A model generated the notes under the pieces. It saw nothing but the letters and a program-made list of their open reading frames with translations. It did not search any database and was not told where the DNA came from. Shown here one piece after another: positions 50,168 to 63,829 of a stretch of 64,000 bases of DNA. A program made the position numbers and the translations under genes. Within the stretch, counting starts at the first letter, position 1. The number at the start of each line of letters is the position of its first letter. The stretch comes from Eledone cirrhosa (taxonomy: Eukaryota): positions 337,714,001 to 337,778,000 of the forward strand of contig OZ024741.1 of the NCBI GenBank assembly GCA_964016885.1, given 5' to 3'.

Positions 50168-50839
50168 AGATGATGCATGACATACCCTGACTTAGTAGAT
50201 GGTTAAGATTCGGTCATTGTAAAACACATTCTTTGATTTATTCCCTGAACCTTGTTTAACCTTTAAATATGTATATATATATAGAGAGAATATTTTAGTA
50301 TCGTGAGAGAGTAGAGGTTTAAAGGGATAAGCGATACATATAGTTAGTTGCCAAAAGCTGGTGCATTTGTGCTCAATACTTGTGCTTTTGTATAAACATG
50401 TTCTAACAGTATGTATTCTCCTTTATATACCACCCCACATATTTATACAAGTATTTTATGCATGTATAAGGGATAAAAGCACCTGATAAAACAGAAGTTC
50501 TCTAAAAGTTCTATTTTTAAAATCATCTTTGAGTGGCTGTTGCAGACGTGGGGGAAGGGGAGAGGGAGGGAAATATTTTTTTATCCTTTTACTCTGAGAG
50601 AGAAACCCTTGGTTGTCAGCAAAGGTACCCACTCCCTAAACTTCTTTCAGTTCCTTTTTATCCTGGCTACCACACATATAAGGTCATTGATGTCAAAAAC
50701 CTCTAGGGAGCCCACTTCCCTCCTGCAATTGAGGTAATTTATTTCACAGGTGCTTATTTCTATGCTTCTGCTCCATACAAATTCTATCTTCTCTGTTAAT
50801 CTGCAAGTAACCTGGCTCTATTTCTTGCACATCCATAAA

Positions 50840-51440
50840 TAATTGTTTCTACTTTTGGCACGAGGCCAGCAATTACCCAGTGCATTACTGGTACTTTATT
50901 TTATCGACCCCGTAAGGATGAAAGGTAAAGTCAACCTCGGCGGGATTTGAACTCAGACCGTAAAGGGACGTAACTACGCCGGAAAGCATGGCGTCCGACT
51001 CTCTACCGATACTGCCAATCCACTAAATAATATTGTGTGCACCTTATGGAATTGCTGCCCTACTCTTTCCAACATATTGAACAAAGCCACTTTCCTGCCT
51101 TTTTCCTACTTATTAGGAATTTAATCTTTTTGATACCTACAAGGCCAAAACCGGCCCTGATCCTATCAAAGAAAACCACCCATTTCAACCGATTCCAATA
51201 TAAATGTTTATCTTCCAACATGATATTATACTAGAACCATATGTTAAGTTATTATATTTTGGCAGTATTGGTAGAGTGTCAGACACCATGCTTTGCAGCA
51301 TAGAGTTATGGCCCTTTATGGTCTAAGTTCAAATCCCGCCGAGGTTAACTTTGCCTTTCATCCTTACAGAGTCGATAAAATAAAGCACCAGTAATGCATT
51401 GGGATAATTGCTGGCCTTGTGCCAAAAGTAGAAACAATTA
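50840..51440. mobile_element. Inverted pair of tRNA-SINEs (50840-51022 minus; 51260-51440 plus)
   Basis: Both match the 13541 family in opposite orientations. Confidence 0.85.
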
Positions 51441-51696
51441 TATTAGGAACAAAATAATTAATGATTTGAGTAAATCCATCAAAGTTTTGTAGTAATTAAT
51501 TGAAAGAGCATATTTTGTTATAAATACAGCAATGAAAGGGTTAATGGAAGTCAGGTAAAGTTAAATTATGTGTGTTTAATTATTTGTTTATTTATTTATT
51601 TACTTATTTATTTGTTTTTCTTTTCAGAATCACCAGTTAAGATTTTCAAAACTGAGAAGCATTTTATTTATTTTGGAATTAACTAAATTGTAGAAT

Positions 51697-54096
51697 ATGT
51701 TTGTACAACTGTGTTTCTTGTTAACATGGATTAATATAGTTGTCAGTTTTGATATAATCTACAGTATTGACGAATCTGAAACATCACACATTTTTATAGG
51801 AGATATCGCTGCTGATGCTTCTAAGTTACTCAGGAGTATTGCATCAGAGGATTACAATATTTTAACATTCAATCTTTTGAAAAGCAAAGTAAACTCTGAT
51901 TTATTCACTGTCACCAGGGATGGAAAACTTTATACTGCTCAAATAATTGATGCAGAATCATTGTGTCAATGTCAAGCTGAGTGTTATAAAACATTAGAGG
52001 TTGCAGTTAAGACTAAAAAATCATTTATTAAAATCTTGGAAATACAGATCACTATAAATGATGTGAATGATAATACACCAACATTTCCTTCCAAACATAT
52101 CAGTCTTCAGTTCTCTGAAAGAGAGAGTGAAGGGGCAAAAATACCCATCCCTGCAGCTAGTGATGGAGATATTAGTGAACAAAATTCTTTAACTACTTAT
52201 GAATTCAAAAAAAGTTTCAAAGAACCTTTCCAGTTATTGTTTTCTGAAAGATTTGATGGGAGTTCTAGGCTTGAACTAATTCTAAAAGAAGAATTAGATC
52301 GAGAAATAAAAGACACTTACTTTGTACAAATAATTGCTAAAGATGGAGGTTCTCCACCGAAGGTAGGCATCTTGAATATTGAGATTATTGTAACAGATGC
52401 AAATGATAACCCTCCTATATTTACTCAAAATACCTACAATATTTCACTCAATAATACACATGAAATAAGCAAACCAATTGTTACACTACAAGCAAGAGAT
52501 ATTGACTCAGAAAAAAATGGACAAATTTCTTACCATTTTGGAGCAAAAACTACACCATTAACCAAACTACATTTTAAACTTAACAAGTCAACAGGAGAGA
52601 TATTCTTGTCAAATGATTTCTCTTTTAATAAGAAACAGAAATATATGTTATATATTGATGCCAAAGATGGTGGTAATCCACCTATGAGTTCAACTGCCAT
52701 TCTACAAGTCAATATTGAAAATCAAGATAACGAAACTCCAAGTATAGAACTCAATTTCTTTTCACAGACAAATGAAGAAACAGCCAATATATCTGAAGAT
52801 GTTGATATTGGTAACTTTGTAGCTTATGTGAAAGTTATTGACAATGATATTGGAACCAATGGACAAGTAAGCTGCCAATTGGAACATGAAGATTTTATTC
52901 TTCAACCTTTAGATGATAAGAAATATAAGATAGTTGTGAAGAATACCATTGACAGGGAAGTAAATAGCTATATTGAATTTAATATTTCTTGTCATGACAG
53001 AGGCTCACCACCAAAAACAGCAGTAAGAAAAGTTTCTATACAAGTGATAGATGTCAATGATGTTAAACCTCAGTTTAGTCAGGAAACCTTTCAATTTTTC
53101 ACCTATGAAAATGGAGAAGCAGACTTTCCAATCGGTCTAATCAATGCCACTGACCTGGACCTGGGTGCAGGCGGTCAACTGACATATTATCTCATGAATA
53201 CCACTGAAAATCTTCTCCCTTTTAGAATTTCAAATTATGGTTTTATCTCAACAACACAACCACTGGACAGAGAGAAACAAGATAGATACAGGCTGGTAGT
53301 TGTAGTAAAAGATAATGGGACACCATCACTGAAAAATACAGCAAATGTTATTGTTGAAGTTATGGATAAAAATGATAATGTTCCCTATTTTACTTTTCCT
53401 GGAGTGGATCCTTTCCATCTTAAAGTCCATTATCATCCTCAAAGACAAAAATCCATCACAACTCTCAGAGCATATGACAGAGATAGTCAGTTAAATTCTT
53501 TTCTTCAATATGAAATACTTAATGGCAATGACAAACAGTTATTTTCCCTTGACACATATTCTGGAGTTTTATCATTTTCTCGTACCATTTACAATATTGA
53601 TGCTGGTTTCTATAAATTGAATTTATCTGTTAAAGATGGTGGAACTCCAGTTTTGTCAACAACAACATCATTAACTTTGACATTGACAGTCAGTAATAGT
53701 ACCTCTAAATCATTGACCACTCAACACAAATTCTCAACCAAAGAAATACCAGTTAACATGATGGTTATTATACTAGTAGCAGCTGTTATTGTATCTATAA
53801 CTATTGTGGTGTCTATAACTGTATGTATTGTGAGGAGAAACCATCAAAGAGAAATCCTTTACAGTGAAAGAAGAGAACAAGGTCAGAAATTCATGAATGA
53901 AAGTGGACAGCCTGAATATAGATGTAACCCAATGTCTCCTCAGAGTGACAGCCAAGAAGTAATGTTGACACATCCAGGAAAAGATTCTGCAGTTTCTCAA
54001 GCAACACTGTTAAGAAAAGAACCATATCCCCAATTGACACAAAAATGTTCTACATTACCGTTCCATCGACAGAACATCTGCCAGGGAACCAGCCAG
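51697..54096 (+). CDS. Pcdh: Protocadherin paralog 2, large coding exon 1 (signal peptide, 6 cadherin repeats, TM, juxtamembrane)
   Basis: 800 codons with hydrophobic N-terminus; cadherin motifs DVNDNTP, LDRE, DANDNPP, AxDGGxP, DVNDVKP, DKNDNVP; TM VNMMVIILVAAVIVSITIVVSITVCIV; donor CAG|GTAAGT at 54096/97 (phase 0). Upstream acceptor ttttcttttcag at 51627 implies a non-coding 5' exon. Confidence 0.95.
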
Positions 54097-54575
54097 GTAA
54101 GTCTACTGTTTTTTTTAACATTGATAGATTCTTTAACACCTTCATTGTGTCTCTCATCATTGAAATTTTAAAATTTAAAACAAACTTTACTTTTAATGTC
54201 ATGGGGATTAAAATAAAATGATCCCAAATATTTATAACTTATTGGAGAACTATATTATGTATAAAGTTTACATGGATGAATTAAGTTCTACTTCCAAATG
54301 TAAAAATATGATTGGAATGTATATAACTGACTAAAATATTTAATTATCTATGGACCTGTCACTCCTGATGAAGTAATAGGAGCACTGTAGTGACATACAG
54401 CGTGTCTTTGGCACTTTAAATCTAACAAGACTGGTATGTCATGTATACCAGGATTACAGATTATATGAACAAACATTGGAAGTTTGCTTAAAAGATACCC
54501 TATAATTTATATTAATTACTGTAAGTATTTAAAGATAAAATTTATATTTTGATAATTTATTTCTAGGCAGGATTG

Positions 54576-54766
54576 CCATATATACTCAAATATAAGCCAA
54601 GGAATATGTGAGCAAAAAATCGATTGTAGAAAGGGATTGGTTTATATTCAGGGTCAATATTCTGACAATTTTTACCAACTTCAAATTCTATGTAAATAAG
54701 GTTTGAATTTTTGCCCATTTCTCAGACATAAAATAGTGGGATCGGCTTATATTTGAGTATATATGG
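54576..54766. mobile_element. MITE with 23-bp perfect TIRs in protocadherin coding intron 1
   Basis: ccatatatactcaaatataagcc / ggcttatatttgagtatatatgg. Confidence 0.8.
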
Positions 54767-54947
54767 TAAATGTAGAGTAACTTTGGAGAAATAACTACAG
54801 GGACAGATGTAGGGTTTTTCCGTTCTTTTTTTTTATTATTTGTCATTCTTTTAATTGTGTTATTGAAGCATAATAATTAAGTAAGATCTAAAAAAAAGAA
54901 ATTTACTTTATGCATGAATATATTTTATTTACAACATTTTGTTTTAG

Positions 54948-55107
54948 ATGCCTTTACATCAAACAATGACAAGACCCAGTAACTTCCAAGAAAGGGGAGA
55001 GATGATGGTATCTACAGATTCTTTAAATGAGAATTCTATTAGCTCTCGTAATGTGAATGACTTGAGTTACAATGAGTGGAACACAGTCCTCTGTGAGAAG
55101 TTACCAG
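54948..55107 (+). CDS. Pcdh: Protocadherin paralog 2, coding exon 2
   Basis: ttttgttttag|ATG ... CCAG|GTAAGA; 160 nt, phase 0 to 1; homologous to 1268-1430. Confidence 0.85.
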
Positions 55108-55857
55108 GTAAGATATTCGAATATTCTTTATGCTGTCCACCAAGAAAAATCAGGTTTATTAACAAACTTATTCACTTTGCAACCATGCAGTACTGGGTTC
55201 AATTCTGCTGTGCAGCACTTTGGGCAAGTGTTTTCTACAATAGCCTACAGAAACCTGGCATAGATCACATCGATCATTTGTTTTGAACCGTCTCGGATTT
55301 TAAATTTGAGGGTACTAGCCTTGAAATATACTGAGTAAAAACATTACTTTCTTTTGTTTTATTTGTCATCCTTTTCCCCTTATATTCTACTGCATTATAC
55401 TAGTGGCTTTTTGAAACTTATTAGTCATTTATTAATAATAATAATAATAATGAAATTATTGTGTAAAGTGCTCAGGTGTACATCATTATTAACATTATCA
55501 TCATTGTTTAAGGATGATGAGGATATATATATATGTTTGTGTCTTTATTTATCTCTTGTAACTAAGCAGTTCAACACTGTGGTTATGTATGATTGATTAA
55601 ATGACGGCAATGCCCCAGTAAGGCCACAGTCTGATGACTGGAACCAATAAAAGAATAAAATTGAATTAAAATTCTTTGGTGGTTAATCTAGAATTCAACA
55701 AGGTATACATGTTTATATTGAATGAAATAATATCACAGGTTACCAGCTTCCAATTGATCAATCAGCTGCTCTCTGATAGGTGATGGTGGTGATGATGGTG
55801 ATGTGTTCTAATTGATGAAGTAATGAGATATTTCTTTGTTTCTTTTCTTTTTATTAG

Positions 55858-56105
55858 GCAATGAAGATGATGGAAAGACTAAGTTTTCGAAGCCACCTTT
55901 AAACCAAAACAATGAGGACATCTCTTCAAAACAGTCTTCATCAGTAAATAATCCTGCAAACCCATCAACTGCTGATATAATTGATTTGAAACGAGGGAGA
56001 ATTAATGTAACAGGCCCTCCAGTGTCACAGAAACCTTGGAATTTACCAATGAAAAACAGTTTTAATTGTTATTCTAGACCACTACCACCAATACCAAAGA
56101 CGTGA
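55858..56105 (+). CDS. Pcdh: Protocadherin paralog 2, terminal coding exon
   Basis: Pyrimidine tract + ttag|GC (phase 1, GGC=Gly); ends KPWNLPMKNSFNCYSRPLPPIPKT*. Spliced CDS 2400+160+248 = 2808 nt = 935 aa. Confidence 0.88.
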
Positions 56106-56189
56106 ACCTTTTAGTGTTTGGTTGGGTTTGGTTTGCTATTTTTTTCTTCTTCAAATTTAACTGACATGAAGATATGAAGAGATAAGTAC

Positions 56190-56500
56190 AGAGGGATATT
56201 TCACAAAAGGATATTTCACAAATGTTATTTCACAAAAGGATTTTTCACAAAAGGATATTTCACAAATGTTATTTCACAAAACGATATTTCACAAAACGTT
56301 ATTTCACAAAATATTTCACAAAAGGACATTTTTACAAAATGATATTTCACAAAATGATATTTCACAAAAGGACATTTTCAAAAAAGGATATTTCACAAAA
56401 TGATATTTCACAAAAGGATATTTCACAAAAGGATATTTCACAAAATGATATTTCACAAAACATTACTTTACCAAAGGATATTTCACAAAATGATATTTAT
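56190..56500 (+). repeat. 13-15 bp tandem repeat (gatatttcacaaaag) just after the paralog 2 stop
   Basis: About 20 degenerate copies. Confidence 0.9.
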
Positions 56501-57064
56501 ATGTCTAGAGATATCATACAAATGTAAGGGCTTCTAATTTAGATACAAGGCCAACAAATTTGAAGGAAGGAAAAAGTTGATTAAATCAACCCCAATACAT
56601 GATTGGTACTTTATTTTATCAACCCTGGAAGGGTGAAAAGCAAAGTTAATCTTGATGGGATTTGAACTCAGAATGTAAAGAAGTGCAACAAATACTGCAA
56701 AGCATTTGTCCAACATTCTAGTGACTCTGTAAATCCACCACCATCCTGAAATCACACAAATTTAATGTTATCATAAATGTATGACTTATCACAATATGAA
56801 AAAAATAATTCATGCATTTTTAAACTAATGCATACCTGTGCACAGGTAAATGTGGTCACAAATACATGATTTCCTTTCGCCAAACACACACACATGTGCA
56901 ATGTTTGTCAGTGTCTAAGACACACCAAGACATACTTTTTTTGTTTTTTCAAATTACTTTTCAAACTAGACTTGCAAAATTTTCATAACCACCATCATAT
57001 AAAATGCAGTAAATTTCAAGGATGCATTTTTTGAATAAAAGATGTATGCCAAGAAGTATAGGGA

Positions 57065-57325
57065 TTAATATCTTGGTGAGTTCTTGCGTATAAAACACCT
57101 TTATTTTAAATATCTTGGTGAGTTCTTGTGTATAAAACACCTTTATTTTAAATATCTTGCTGAGCTCTTGAGTATAAAATACCTTTATTTTAAATATCTT
57201 GGTGAGTTCTTGTGTATAAAACACCTTTATTTTAAATATCTTGCTGAGCTCTTGAGTATAAAATACCTTTATTTTAAATATCTTGGGGGTGTTCTTGTGT
57301 ATAAAACATCTTTATTTTAAATATC
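57065..57325 (+). repeat. 42-bp minisatellite, about 6 copies with alternating variants
   Basis: aaatatcttggtgagttcttgtgtataaaacacctttatttt alternating with a ...gctgagctcttgagtataaaatacc... variant. Confidence 0.92.
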
Positions 57326-59979
57326 ATCCTCTTCATATATCACTATTTTCGTAAATGTTTTGAATAGAATTTTATAATGCAAAGCAATCTTATATTCTTC
57401 GCAAATTCCATAAAGAAATAATTTCTCCAAGTGTCTTAGAATATCCGTCCTCACAATTTTATTTATACATAGAAAATTAAAAGAAATATTTATTCCTTAT
57501 CCCCTGTTCACTATCTGATAAACATTTCAGTTTTAATGATTTTTTTGTGTATGTATGCATATATGTAAGTGTGGTGTGTGTGTGATAAGAGAAGGCGATA
57601 TTTCTTAACCCGTAAGATGTAAAATATATATTAAGAAATCATTCCTCTAACTTTATACCTCAGTATACCAGAATCTATTCTTCCCTGCCACACTGCCTCT
57701 ATTTTATTTCTATCATCACCATAACATTCTTAGAAAAGAGGCATTTATGTATCACATATTTGTGGATGGTTACTAAAAATGACTCAAAAGAAAAAAAAAT
57801 GTAAGTTTGAATTTGAGGGCGTCTGCCATGACCAAAATATACAAAGTTGTTAACTGAAATTCTAAACAAACAAAATTCATATGAAATATAGAATTTTTTT
57901 TGTTTGTTCGTATTTTTGTTTTTTTTTAAATTCTGTCTATATATTTAATATAATACTAATACTAAAGGAAATATATTAAATATACACTCTTTTCATAATT
58001 TATCTTCTATAACTGTTCCCTCATCTTTTGTATGTTTTAGCATGTTAGAAAAATATATTTATGTAAACTGAAGTCTAAATAATAATTATCATCATCATCA
58101 TCATCATAACCACCACCACCAATATCATCATCATCATAACCACCACCACCATCATCATCATCATAACCACCACCACCTTATCATCATCATCATCACTGCC
58201 TTATTACCTTTGAAATCAACCTATCATTGGTACCATATTTTAAAATATTTATATTCAAAATGCATCCCATGCACTCCCAACTCTTCCAATTTACCAACCC
58301 AACATCTACTAGTTGTTGGGCTAATGATTGTATCATTGTGGGCAATATGTTGTCTTTGAGCAAGATATAATATCTCCAGTCCACTCAGCTGAAAAACTAA
58401 ATAAAACAGTAGCAGCAAGGGGTTAAGTTTGCAAGGAGTTGGCATCCCAAATAGAGTTGGTTTTTTACTCTGAGTCCCTTAATAACTCATGAAACTTGGT
58501 TAAATACTGGTCTGATAAGCCTCTAGGCTTAACCCTTTCATTACCCTATCTTCTTCTTTGCCCACTTATTGCTGGAAGGATTCTGAGGACAGAGTCCTCA
58601 GACATGCCTTCCAGAGTGTCCTATCACAACAACTATCTTCAAGCTAGATCAGCCAAGCTTATGAATGTTATCCAATCCACTTGCTCATGGTCTACCTCTG
58701 AGTCTCCAGCCAGTTGTCTTGTGATCTTTCCTTAGACATTCTAACATGTTTTTACCATATTTCTAATGAAATACACAACTTATGTGTTTTTTAAGTTCTG
58801 TTCCAAGCACCAGTATTACTAATATAAATTAAAACATGGAAGTAGTGTATCTCATTAGAAATATGATTACAAAAGGGACAATACCCATTGTTCCCTACTT
58901 GTGTGGGTTGGACAGGTCTGCTGCAACATAGACATTCCTTTGAAAATTGTGTTATTTAATCTGTATTAACTTTGCCTTTCATCCTTACGGGGTTGATGGA
59001 ATAAAGCACCAGTAATGCATTGGTCTTGTGCCAAAAGTAGAAACAATTATTTAATCTGTGTGAGGCACAAAGCCATGTGATCTAACCTCACAACTTCTTC
59101 CTATTCACTGCTACCATACAGCACATTTCATGATACAAGTGTCAGCCCTTTGCATTCCAGATTATCTCACAATATTCTGATGATAAAACAAAGCAAACAA
59201 CAAGCCAACAAGAGAGACACAGAAATAGCAACCAAATCTCCCCCAAATGCCATCTTGCCATTATAAAAAAAGAGATGAAGAACATAAGGGACAATGTAGT
59301 CCTAGCTATACAAAAAAATGGGGTGATGCTCATGAGTGGAATACCATTGATCATAAGTCATGCATGCTCATGAATATCTTTTAAAAACAAGATCAAATTT
59401 ATAAGAAGTAACATTGTTATTAATTGTCTGTATCAATGACCTTCACCTTAACAGCTAATACTATAGTATATTTTATTACTAGCTTGAATAATCATATGGC
59501 AAACATTTTGTCCCCTTTCTCTCCCCCTCCCTCATCTGTTTACTGCTACTACCTATACCAAAATTTCTCCTCCCCACACACACACTTTCCAGCATTTTAT
59601 GTTCATGTTTACTACTTCAACCATCATTGTAACCACTACTATATAGACATTTAAGGATTAGAGGGGCCATTTTAGACATTTTCTTGAGCCTACAATGAGA
59701 AAGTCTCTATATCGATACGCGATCTGCAAGAAATAACAACCAAATTTCCTTCAAAATCTACATCTTTCTGTTTTAGAGAAAAGTAACAACACATTGAATA
59801 ACATAAATCTAAAAAAAAAATGCTATAATCATTGGCTTTGATCTTAGGTCTTCCCACTTATGGTTGATCCTGATCAAGGGTTAAACCAATAACAGCAACA
59901 GGATTCAATGGTAAGAATATGGATCAGATGACGAGGTCCAACACAAATTAACTTGTCAAACATTTTATATAATGTCATT

Positions 59980-60270
59980 CAGCCGCATAGCCTAATGGTT
60001 AGGATGCTTGACATACAAAAATAATGTTGTTGGTTCAACTCCTGGACAAGGTGCTGATTGTGTTCTTGAGCAAAACACTTTATTTTACATTCCTCCAGTA
60101 CACTCAGCAGAGAGTGAGTACCACCAGTAGCTGAAAAGTTAATCTTGCAATAGACCAGTGTCCTATCCAGGGAGAAAATTGTATTCTCAGTTGCTTAACA
60201 CCAAGGAAACTAGGGATAAGCACTGACCTGATGAGCCTTTGTCCTAGAAGAGACATTAACTTAACATTAT
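59980..60270 (+). mobile_element. Decayed tRNA-CORE SINE; related copy at 60700-61070 has a duplicated 3' module
   Basis: tagcctaatggttagg...ggttcaactcc, ttcttgagcaaaacacttta, cctatccaggg...ctcagttgctt. Confidence 0.6.
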
Positions 60271-60329
60271 TGATGCTGATAGACACATTCCATATCATAG
60301 ATCCACTAATTACAGTGGAAGTGTGAGGT

Positions 60330-60690
60330 CAGCATCATCATCATCATTTCATTTTACGTCCACTTTTCCCTGCTTGAAAGGGTGGGACGGAAACTGATTC
60401 TGGCTTGATTTCTACAGCTGGATGCCCTTCCTAACACCAACCTCATTTACAGTGAGTGCTGGGTGCTTTTTTTGCCATGGTACATCCACGACCACTTTGC
60501 AGTGGAATGATAGGGACCCCAGTCCCTATCATCTCATTTCTACAGCTGAGTAAACTGGAACATAAATAAAGTGTCTTGCTCAAGGAAACAAGACATCACC
60601 CGGTCTGAGAATTGAACTCACAACCTTTCGGTTGCAAGGCCAATGCTCTAAAAGTTGCAAGGCCAATGTTCCATGAAGCCATGTGCCTGG
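60330..60690 (-). mobile_element. Composite tRNA-CORE-RTE SINE
   Basis: Aligns along its length with 47670-48018. Confidence 0.8.
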
Positions 60691-62459
60691 ACTTAAATGG
60701 ACTTAAAATCATAATGTTGTTGGTATTATTCCTGGACAGGGTTGTATGTTGTGTTCTTGAACAAAACACTTCATTTTACATTGCTCCAGTATACTCAACT
60801 GAAAATGAGTACAAGCAATAGCGGGGGGGGGGTGTTAACCGAGTGATGGACTGGTATCCTGTTAAGCAAGGAGTCTTGTACTCTCAGTTGCTCCACACCA
60901 CAAAAACTGGGAAAGTCTGATGAGCACCTGGGCTTGTGACAGGCTTTATCCCTGGGATGGACTGCTTTCCTATCCAAGGGAAGTCTTGTACTCTCAGTTG
61001 CTTCACGCTACAGAAACTGGGATATACACCAGCCTGATGAGCCTCTGGACTTGAGACAGACTTTAGACTTTAGGTAACCCCTATCAACAGCAACATGTTG
61101 GAAAATCTGGTATTTATTATAAACCCAATTTACAAACATGATTTAAATCTCGAGTAAAATCTTTGTAAAATCGGATTGACAGCATCCTGTCTGAGGAAGG
61201 AGCCGTGCAAGGTCTGTTGTAGTGGTTGTCACTGGCCATTGTCTGTGGAAATGCCTTTGCAATTTTGTCCGTGGGACACAGCCAAAGCCTATGTGTAGGA
61301 TCTGTCACCCTCTCCCCTTCCCCTTTCTTTCTTCCTTTGTCTGGTAGTCCTTGCTCTTCTCATCCTTTCCCTCTCATTTATGACATTTATAGTCCTTTCC
61401 AATGCAGCTGTCTTTTTCTGTAGGTTTAAACAATTTATAGTAATATAAACAATTAATTTGCTGTAGTTATGTTTTGTACATATCTATGTTTGTAACTGAA
61501 ATTCTGCCAAAATTGGTAGGGGGGATATAATAAATACCAGTAATATACTAATTTTAATTCAATTGACTGTATTTACTAACTTTTCAAAAATTATATCTGA
61601 ACAGAAGAAATCAATGTGTAACCAAATCTCTAAATCAATTAGAATAAGATTGAATTTTTGATAAGCAATTTACATTTTTCATGCCAACCTACCCCAAACC
61701 ATCACTGGTTCTATAAAACAAAACCACATATTTTAAAGGGTTCCTATTTAAATCAAAATCTTCCAACATAATTTGATATAAAAAAGTTATGTAACAAATT
61801 CCAGCTTAATAATAGTTTCTGATATAGGTACAAAACAATTTTTGGGGAGTTAAGTCAGCCTTTATTTTATTGATCCTGTAGGGTAGGGGAAAGTCGATTA
61901 AATCGACCACAGTACATTACTGGTACTTTATTTTATCGACCCCATAAGGATGAAAGGCAAAGCTAACCTCGGCGGCATTACTGGTAATGTAATAATAAAC
62001 CATTTTAGTAAATGCCTCCAAGTTCATCATTAATTGATTCCAATATGGTGTATTTCATTAGAAATATGATAATGCAAAGGTCAATGGTTGCCTTATCTTT
62101 ATTAGAGTAGGACGTGATGAAGTATCATTCATATTCTATATTGGGGTGGGGGCTTAATAGTGAACTGCTATCCTGATGTGATAAAACTTTCATATATTAC
62201 CTTGCCATATGATAATTTGTGAACAGTTAAAGATTTCAATATTTTTCTAAATGTGTCTGTGTCTGTTCCAAAAAAAATAAATTACTATTTTTTATGCAAT
62301 ATCATATAGAAACAAACTTAATCCTTACCAATGTCACTTCACTGATGAACTTAGCCAAACAAACATTTTAACTATAATATATCACTGTAAATATTGTTGT
62401 TTGTAAATTTGTAAATGTATGTTTGTATACTTACATGTATATCTATCTAAATATATATA

Positions 62460-63475
62460 TCATCATCATCATCATCATCATCATCAACGTTTAACGTCCG
62501 TGTTCCACGCTTGCATGGGTTTGGACGGGGGTAGTCCCACTTGAGGCAAGAGTGATTGTCTTGCTCGCATAGGACTGTCTGGCAGGTTTTCTACAGTTGG
62601 ATGCCCTTCCTAACACCAACCACATTTACAGTGTGAGTCTGGGAGGTTTTTACCGTGTTGCCTACACGGCCACATTACAGCGTGGACTGTGTGTTTTTTT
62701 GTCGTGACACCTACACGATCTCATTTGTTTCGGCCTCGATGGCGCGGCACCAACATAACTTTACATAGAACGGGGTGGTGTGGATGGGGTGGGGGTGGGG
62801 GTGGTGGGACGGGGTGTATTTTGTTAGAGATGCCTACTGGCTGGAGTAGGTTTTACTATATATTTAGGTAAGGCGGGTCTTCTCTGTTACTGAGTACCGC
62901 CAAAGGTCTCGGTCCAGTGACATTGTCTTGGAGAGGTGTAAGTGTGTGATGTCGGAGTTTATCAGCTCGTCCCAGGTTTTTCTAGGTCTGCCTATTCCGT
63001 GACTACCGTCTATCTTTATTGCCCTGCACTTTGTTATACAGCTATCGACTTTCATGCGCATCACGTGTCCATACCAACGTAGCCTTCTCTCGAGTAAACA
63101 ACATCTGATCCCTCTTATCTCTAATTTTTTCCTTAGTTCGTTTATGCTTTGCCGTTCACGTATATTACTGTTACACATCCAGCGGAGCATGCAAGCTTCG
63201 TTCCTCTCTAGTCTGCGTATATCCTCTGCACACAATGCCCAGGTCTCACTGCCATGCAGCATTGCTGTTCGTATGCAGGCATCGTACAACCTGCCTTTCA
63301 TTTTTAGTGAGAACCCTTTAGCAGCTAATAGTGGTATAAGCTCTCTGAACTTTTTCCAACCAGTTCTGACTCTAGCTACAGTACTTTCAGAGCACCCTCC
63401 CCCACTGCTGATTTTATCGCCCAGGTAACGGAAGCTGTCCACTATTTCTATAGAACCCTCTGCGCAATTGAAAGA
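62460..63475 (-). mobile_element. RTE family B 3' fragment, ORF intact
   Basis: SFNCAEGSIEIVDSFRYLG...EKTRLT*; 3'UTR; (GAT)n tail; (TA)n flanks. Confidence 0.93.
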
Positions 63476-63493
63476 TATATACATATATATATT

Positions 63494-63550
63494 ATTCAAT
63501 TGATGAAAGTTGTAACCACTCTGACATCTTTGAAATACACATAAAAGAAT
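63494..63550 (+). ncRNA. Decayed hammerhead-like motif
   Basis: TTGATGA-AAG-TTGT...ACAT-CTTT-GAAA-TACACA-TA; helix I broken. Confidence 0.4.
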
Positions 63551-63594
63551 TATGTAATAAAAAGACATACAAATAAAACAGACTCTCTTATTCA

Positions 63595-63662
<68 letters not shown>

Positions 63663-63829
63663 ACATTCAAATATATTTCCATTCCTAACATTATTTTTCC
63701 AAATAGCTACTGTAACCAACAAACATGCTGTATTAATATATCTGCTTGCCTTTATATAAATTTTTTTTTTTTTAAAATGGTGTGTGTAACTAAATATATA
63801 TATATATATATATATATATCATCATTTTA

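Noticed and set aside
54097-54171. ORF-track extension VSLLFFLTLIDS...LKF* of the cadherin ORF
   Set aside because: Read-through past a perfect CAG|GTAAGT donor; phase-compatible downstream exons exist.
54355-54395. tgtcact-cCTGATGA...agtgaca stem in the Pcdh intron
   Set aside because: No GAAA or helix III; cannot be called a hammerhead.
56222-57320. Repetitive ORFs (KDISQ..., KVFYTQEL...)
   Set aside because: Products of tandem repeats; no splice or domain support.
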